This document shows, in pieces, positions 16,933-20,430 of a DNA stretch of 20,430 nucleotides. The notes beneath the pieces are model-generated. The model searched no databases. It worked only from the letters and a program-made list of their open reading frames with translations, and was not told the DNA's origin. Both the position numbers and the translations under genes were made by a program. Each line of letters starts with the position of its first letter. Positions within the stretch are counted from its first letter, which is position 1. Location of the stretch: the IMG/VR virus record IMGVR_UViG_2541047888_000001. The stretch is one strand, 5' to 3'. This DNA is from a virus. Its lineage: Duplodnaviria; Heunggongvirae; Uroviricota; Caudoviricetes.

Positions 16933-17232
16933 GACAAGTACGCGCGCGAGGGGTATCAGTTGCAAAATTTTTTGCAGCTGCGTCCGACCAGTACGCACAC
17001 GATGGCGGGGAGCAGCATAAAACTGTTCTCTACATAGACAGAGTGGTGGTGATGTGTTGATTATCGGCGTATATGCGCACAGGACGCGCTATGACGATGT
17101 TTTATGCGGGTACACCAATCACATGTATCTGATGTGATAAATCGTGTTACATGACATCTCATGTTGTGCTGGTGGTTATCACGACGTTCTGAATCTGGCC
17201 TTTGCCTGATATTTTGCGACAAGTACGCGCGC
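16933..17232. repeat. 16 bp direct repeat GACAAGTACGCGCGCG (two copies) within the long non-coding region
   Basis: Copies at 16933-16948 and 17217-17232; palindrome TGCAAAATTTTTTGCA at 16962-16977 lies between them. Confidence 0.4.
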
Positions 17233-17383
17233 GTAGCATCGAAATTATCGGATGGCGTATGCTGCTGGCAATATGAAGACCGATAGTATTAACCGAAAAG
17301 CGATTAAGGAGTGCCAACTTTTCAGTAGAGAAACTAGCCAGCACAGGGAAATGTAGAAATTACCCAATTAATAGGTAAAAGTT

Positions 17384-17500
17384 ATTGACACACCCTGTAG
17401 TGGATAACGATATGAATAAAAACCACATATAGTGGTTTTTCGTTAGTGATGATAGTATCTATGTTAGTTTCCTAAGTAACTGTGCATTGACATGTGGATA
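17384..17500. promoter_or_regulatory. Duplicated TTGACA + DnaA-box-like (TGTGGATAA / AGTGGATAA) elements flanking a hairpin, upstream of the Abi gene
   Basis: TTGACA 17384-17389 with AGTGGATAA 17398-17406; TTGACA 17486-17491 with TGTGGATAA 17492-17500 (reverse complement of the DnaA box TTATCCACA); hairpin AAAAACCAC-ATATA-GTGGTTTTT at 17417-17439. Confidence 0.35.
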
Positions 17501-17612
17501 ACTTCGGATAGAGTTACAATCAACTGAGCCCGGCCCCCTGGCTTTATCTTGTCTTAGATGAGAAATTGTTATGGCCGGGCCTTCTTGTATCTGGAGGTAG
17601 GAAACCTTTTGT

Positions 17613-18575
17613 ATGGCTGTTCCGGTTAAGGTTCATAAAGAATATGATGAACTTGTCGATTTATTGCTGTCTCGGGGTATGGATGTGCCAGATCGCGAAC
17701 ATGCTATCAAGAAAATCTCACAAGTAGGCTACTACCGATTATCAGGCTTTTGGTACCCCTGCCGAATCCCCCATATAACAACAGACAATATTAGAACCAG
17801 ACTCGATCAGGTTCGTCCAGGTACTAATTTTCGCGCAGTATATGACCTCTATTTATTCGATAAAAATCTGCGTTTGCAGATGATGAATGCGTTAGAACGC
17901 ATTGAGGTTTATGTTCGGTCAGTTATTGCTCATGAGCTTGGTAAGATATCTCCTTTAGCATATCTTGATGACTCGCTAATAAATCCAAAACACTTTAGAC
18001 CACGTTCCCATGGTCGCCCAAGCGCCAGAGAAGAATGGATAAATAAACATAATGCCGAGATTGCTAAAAGTCGCGAAGACTTTATCAAATGGCATGAAAA
18101 CAAGTACGAAGGTCTTCCTTTCTGGGTGGTTATTGAAGTGTGGGACTTCGGCTTAATGTCAAAGTATTATGCGATGCTAAAAGACAGCTATCGCAACAGG
18201 ATACTATCTAGGCTAGGGATAGCGGCAGGCAATGGAGCTATCTTCCAAAACTGGCTTAGCGCAATGAATGTGCTAAGGAATCGGTGCGCTCACCATTCAC
18301 GCATCTGGAACAAGGTCAACGAACCAAGATTAATGCCTTTGCCAAATGAGCCGTACTTTGAACAATTAAATATGAATGATGATGCGTACGAAAGAATGTA
18401 CGGAATGATCGCTGTGTTATGGTTTTTAGTGAAAAAAATTGGACCGGGATCTGACTGGATAAAAAAAGTTGCCAACCTTGTAGATAACAAGCCTAACTTA
18501 CCAGGATGTAACCTGACAGCCATGGGATTACCTGATAATAACGGTTTCCCAAGGCATTTATTTGATATTGAATAA
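17613..18575 (+). CDS. Abi_2 family (AbiD/AbiF-like) abortive-infection protein, predicted HEPN domain
   Basis: 320 aa; GGAGG RBS; family-typical motifs ISQVGYYRLSGFWYP, FDKNLR, PFWVVIEVWDFG and the HEPN Rx4H motif RNRCAHH (about nt 18276-18296). Confidence 0.8.
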   Translation: MAVPVKVHKEYDELVDLLLSRGMDVPDREHAIKKISQVGYYRLSGFWYPCRIPHITTDNIRTRLDQVRPGTNFRAVYDLYLFDKNLRLQMMNALERIEVYVRSVIAHELGKISPLAYLDDSLINPKHFRPRSHGRPSAREEWINKHNAEIAKSREDFIKWHENKYEGLPFWVVIEVWDFGLMSKYYAMLKDSYRNRILSRLGIAAGNGAIFQNWLSAMNVLRNRCAHHSRIWNKVNEPRLMPLPNEPYFEQLNMNDDAYERMYGMIAVLWFLVKKIGPGSDWIKKVANLVDNKPNLPGCNLTAMGLPDNNGFPRHLFDIE

Positions 18576-18576
18576 A

Positions 18577-19032
18577 TTATAGCGATGGCGCTGAATGTAG
18601 CGCCACTGATAACTTTTCAGCATTGCTTCCCTGACGCTTCCACGCGCTATAAATATCTTTATCCCATGCCTTACCAGCTTTTGTTTGATAGCCTGCTTCA
18701 TTGATCCGTTCAGCTATCACGCGCCCATTATCAAATCCCTGTCGGATGGTATCGGCAATGATCTTTATAACTGCCGTTTCGTTATATGGCTTTGGTGGGA
18801 TGTTCGGCTTTCCGGCAATAAGCGACGCAGCGGCTTTTTCCATGCGCTCCACCAGCCCAAGCATTCGTGAATCAATAGACTTTTCCGGCTGTCCCAGCTT
18901 CATGCGAATCGCATCAACAAGCCAGGAGGTTTTATCCCCTCCAGAAGCGAGAACAGACCGATTAAACTCATCCTGCAATTCAGATGGGATGCGGAACGCG
19001 ACCAGATTAGATTTGCTCATTGCAAAGACCAT
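18577..19032 (-). CDS. ribbon-helix-helix domain protein (151 aa), putative transcriptional regulator
   Basis: N-terminus SNLVAFRIPSELQDEFNRSVLASGGDKTSWLVDAIRMKL fits the RHH (CopG/Arc/MetJ) pattern; weak RBS; convergent with and abutting the Abi gene. Confidence 0.6.
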   Translation of the reverse strand: MVFAMSKSNLVAFRIPSELQDEFNRSVLASGGDKTSWLVDAIRMKLGQPEKSIDSRMLGLVERMEKAAASLIAGKPNIPPKPYNETAVIKIIADTIRQGFDNGRVIAERINEAGYQTKAGKAWDKDIYSAWKRQGSNAEKLSVALHSAPSL

Positions 19033-19050
19033 ATCAGTGAGTAATATCCA

Positions 19051-19067
19051 TACAGTATACCACTGTA
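19051..19067. promoter_or_regulatory. Palindromic operator-like site TACAGT-N5-ACTGTA upstream of the minus-strand RHH gene
   Basis: Read directly from the sequence; lies ~20-35 bp upstream of the RHH gene start; followed by a CACTGT(T)ATA direct repeat. Confidence 0.35.
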
Positions 19068-19134
19068 TAACACTGTTATACGCTCAAATATTAGCCAGAA
19101 AATAACGGACCAATCACAAAGCTATCGCTGTGTT

Positions 19135-19255
19135 GTTGGTTCAGAGCTGGGCTGTGTTGGTTCAAAATGAGTTGATGTTGGTTCAATATTTCAGAAAAAA
19201 CACAATAAAAACAACGATCTTTACAAATTGAACCAACTGAACCAACTGAACAAAC
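19135..19255. repeat. Iteron-like array B: 3 spaced GTTGGTTCA, AT-rich spacer, 3 tandem TGAACCAAC (inverted relative to array A)
   Basis: GTTGGTTCA at 19135-19143, 19156-19164, 19177-19185; TGAACCAAC at 19229-19237, 19238-19246 and degenerate TGAACAAAC at 19247-19255; the reverse complement aligns with array A including the spacer start ATTTGTAAAGA. Confidence 0.7.
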
Positions 19256-19291
19256 ACCTTTTTGCTTATCTATATAATCTGAGAGGCAGAA

Positions 19292-19579
19292 ATGATAAGG
19301 GACAGGAAAGCTGAAGAACTGGAGTCAAAAGGGCTATACCGGAGAGCTGCCGCACGATGGGCAGAAGTCATGATGCTGGCAGATGGCGATAAAGAACGTG
19401 AACATGCAGCAAACAGACGCTCTGAATGTATCCGTAAGGCGGCACGCCCACCAGCAACTACAGACAGATTCGGAGATTTAAGACAGGCAGTTAAGCGGAC
19501 TCATTCGGCTCTTGGTATGGATGAGGAAGCGAGAGGGTACTTCAGGCGTTATCGCGATAAAGATTGCCAGAGACAGTAA
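19292..19579 (+). CDS. PerC-family transcriptional regulator-like protein (95 aa)
   Basis: N-terminus MIRDRKAEELESKGLYRRAAARWAEVMM resembles the PerC/Pch family pattern (AE.LE.KGL.RRAA.RW.EVM); GAGAGG RBS. Confidence 0.6.
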   Translation: MIRDRKAEELESKGLYRRAAARWAEVMMLADGDKEREHAANRRSECIRKAARPPATTDRFGDLRQAVKRTHSALGMDEEARGYFRRYRDKDCQRQ

Positions 19580-19920
19580 TGCTCTCTCTGTTTTGGCAAA
19601 TTACCCCTCACTTTGAAGGGATCGGAGCTATAAAAATGGTGTTATCCGGCTTCCTGCATTGCAGGTTTTCGAAAGAATCAATGGGTTAGGTCATCGTGCA
19701 AATTTGCACTCTGCCAGCCAACGCAATTTCTCGTTGGCGGAAATATCAGGTATTTACTGAACGAACGGTCTACCCGCCTGTTCAACTACCAGTTGTACAT
19801 GGCTGCTTTATGTGCAAATGGTGGTGAGAGAAAATTGTTTGGGGGTACTTTTGGGGGTGTCTCCAAAGATGTAACGTGAAAATATCTTTATATATCAATG
19901 TATTTTTATTGTTTGTTTTG

Positions 19921-19939
19921 TTCCTATTATCGCACCATT
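19921..19939. other. attR of island 1 / attL of the tandem second island (partial tRNA-Thr 3' end copy)
   Basis: TCCTATTATCGCACCATTC matches tRNA 3' end 1428-1447 with a single G deletion; followed by a sequence homologous to the island-1 int-proximal region. Confidence 0.6.
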
Positions 19940-20091
19940 CTAACGTCTCCCCAAGTCTACTCAAGTATTTAAAAACCTCTTATAATCAGTATATTAATGC
20001 CCCTTTTAGTCTTTTGACGTCTATTTAAGTACCCCAAACTCTACAAGCAATTGAGGGGATTTGCTGTTCAGTTTAGTGGAGATACCCCCAA

Positions 20092-20430
20092 GTGAAACTC
20101 AATGCCCGTCAAATAGACACTGCCAAGCCAAAAGAGAAGGCTTACAAGTTGGCTGATGGTGGTGGTCTGTACCTCCTGGTAAAACCTGGTGGAGGAGAAT
20201 ATTGGCGTCTCAAGTATCGTGTAGCTGGTAAAGAGAAGCTGTTAGCACTAGGTGTGTATCCTGAGGTCACCTTAGCTGATGCTCCTGCAAAACTTGAAGA
20301 AGCTAAAAGAGGTATCTCTGGGGGAATCGATCTGATGGAAGTGAAGCGAGAGGAAAAGATTGCCCGGGAAACGCAGTTAAACAACACCTTCAAAGATATT
20401 GCCCTTGAGTGGCACAGTAACAAATTATAA
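20092..20430 (+). CDS. int: second P4-type integrase, N-terminal portion (GTG start); in-frame TAA at codon 113 at the window edge, possibly disrupted
   Basis: 112 aa, ~92% identical by eye to the island-1 integrase N-terminus; island 1 reads AGC AAA TTA AAA AAA TGG here, island 2 reads AAC AAA TTA TAA. Confidence 0.6.
   Translation: MKLNARQIDTAKPKEKAYKLADGGGLYLLVKPGGGEYWRLKYRVAGKEKLLALGVYPEVTLADAPAKLEEAKRGISGGIDLMEVKREEKIARETQLNNTFKDIALEWHSNKL

Larger units (their letters stand above)
1428..19939 (+). mobile_element. P4-type integrase-associated genomic island (satellite-like integrative element) inserted at tRNA-Thr 3' end
   Basis: Bounded by the tRNA 3' segment TCCTATTATCGGCACCATTC (1428-1447) and a near-identical copy TCCTATTATCG-CACCATTC (19921-19939); int directly follows the tRNA; carries alpA, icd-like and primase genes; internal genes are visibly more AT-rich than proA. 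Confidence 0.75.

Noticed and set aside
16801-17344. Small ORFs 16801-17037 (+), 16723-16998 (-) and 17159-17344 (-) in the long intergenic region
   Set aside because: Alternative start codons without RBS, and they are built across direct repeats and palindromes; could not be distinguished from chance ORFs.
16743-17612. Retron msr/msd-type or type III toxin-antitoxin RNA repeats
   Set aside because: No reverse transcriptase gene and no ToxN/AbiQ-type endoribonuclease nearby; the adjacent Abi gene is Abi_2/HEPN-type, which is not known to use an RNA antitoxin array.
18685-19105. Plus-strand ORFs 18685-18870 and 18701-19105 opposite the RHH gene
   Set aside because: Antisense to an ORF with a recognisable RHH N-terminus; translations are Ser/Phe-rich and implausible.
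1445-19939. Insertion sequences or transposase genes within the island
   Set aside because: No transposase-like ORF and no IS-type terminal inverted repeats seen; the only long inverted repeats are the iteron arrays, which have no associated transposase.

Overview
Enterobacterial (E. coli-like) chromosomal window: a complete proA gene and tRNA-Thr (thrW-type, anticodon CGT), followed by an ~18.5 kb integrative element inserted at the tRNA 3' end (attL 1428-1447, attR 19921-19939), then the start of a second, tandem island with a ~92% identical integrase N-terminus. Island 1 has a P4-type backbone: GTG-start tyrosine integrase, AlpA-like regulator, antirepressor-like protein, an operon of about ten small translationally coupled ORFs including an Icd-like gene, and a zinc-ribbon/Toprim/P-loop primase-helicase. 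I see no sid/delta/psu, capsid or terminase genes. Downstream of the primase, an ~8.4 kb cargo segment is bracketed by two ~110 bp arrays of the 9-mer GTTGGTTCA/TGAACCAAC in mutually inverted orientation. The most interesting cargo is a five-gene operon (small RHH-like gene, a 153 aa protein, then three translationally coupled low-complexity Gln/Ala/Gly-rich proteins of 225, 473 and 701 aa) that resembles, by size, order and composition only, the ejection-protein trio of P22-like podoviruses. It is followed by a convergent AT-rich 4-TM membrane protein, an 870 bp structured non-coding region, an Abi_2 (AbiD/AbiF-type) HEPN abortive-infection gene, an RHH-domain regulator and a PerC-like regulator. 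All functional assignments are from reading the ORF translations and sequence by eye; no database search was run.
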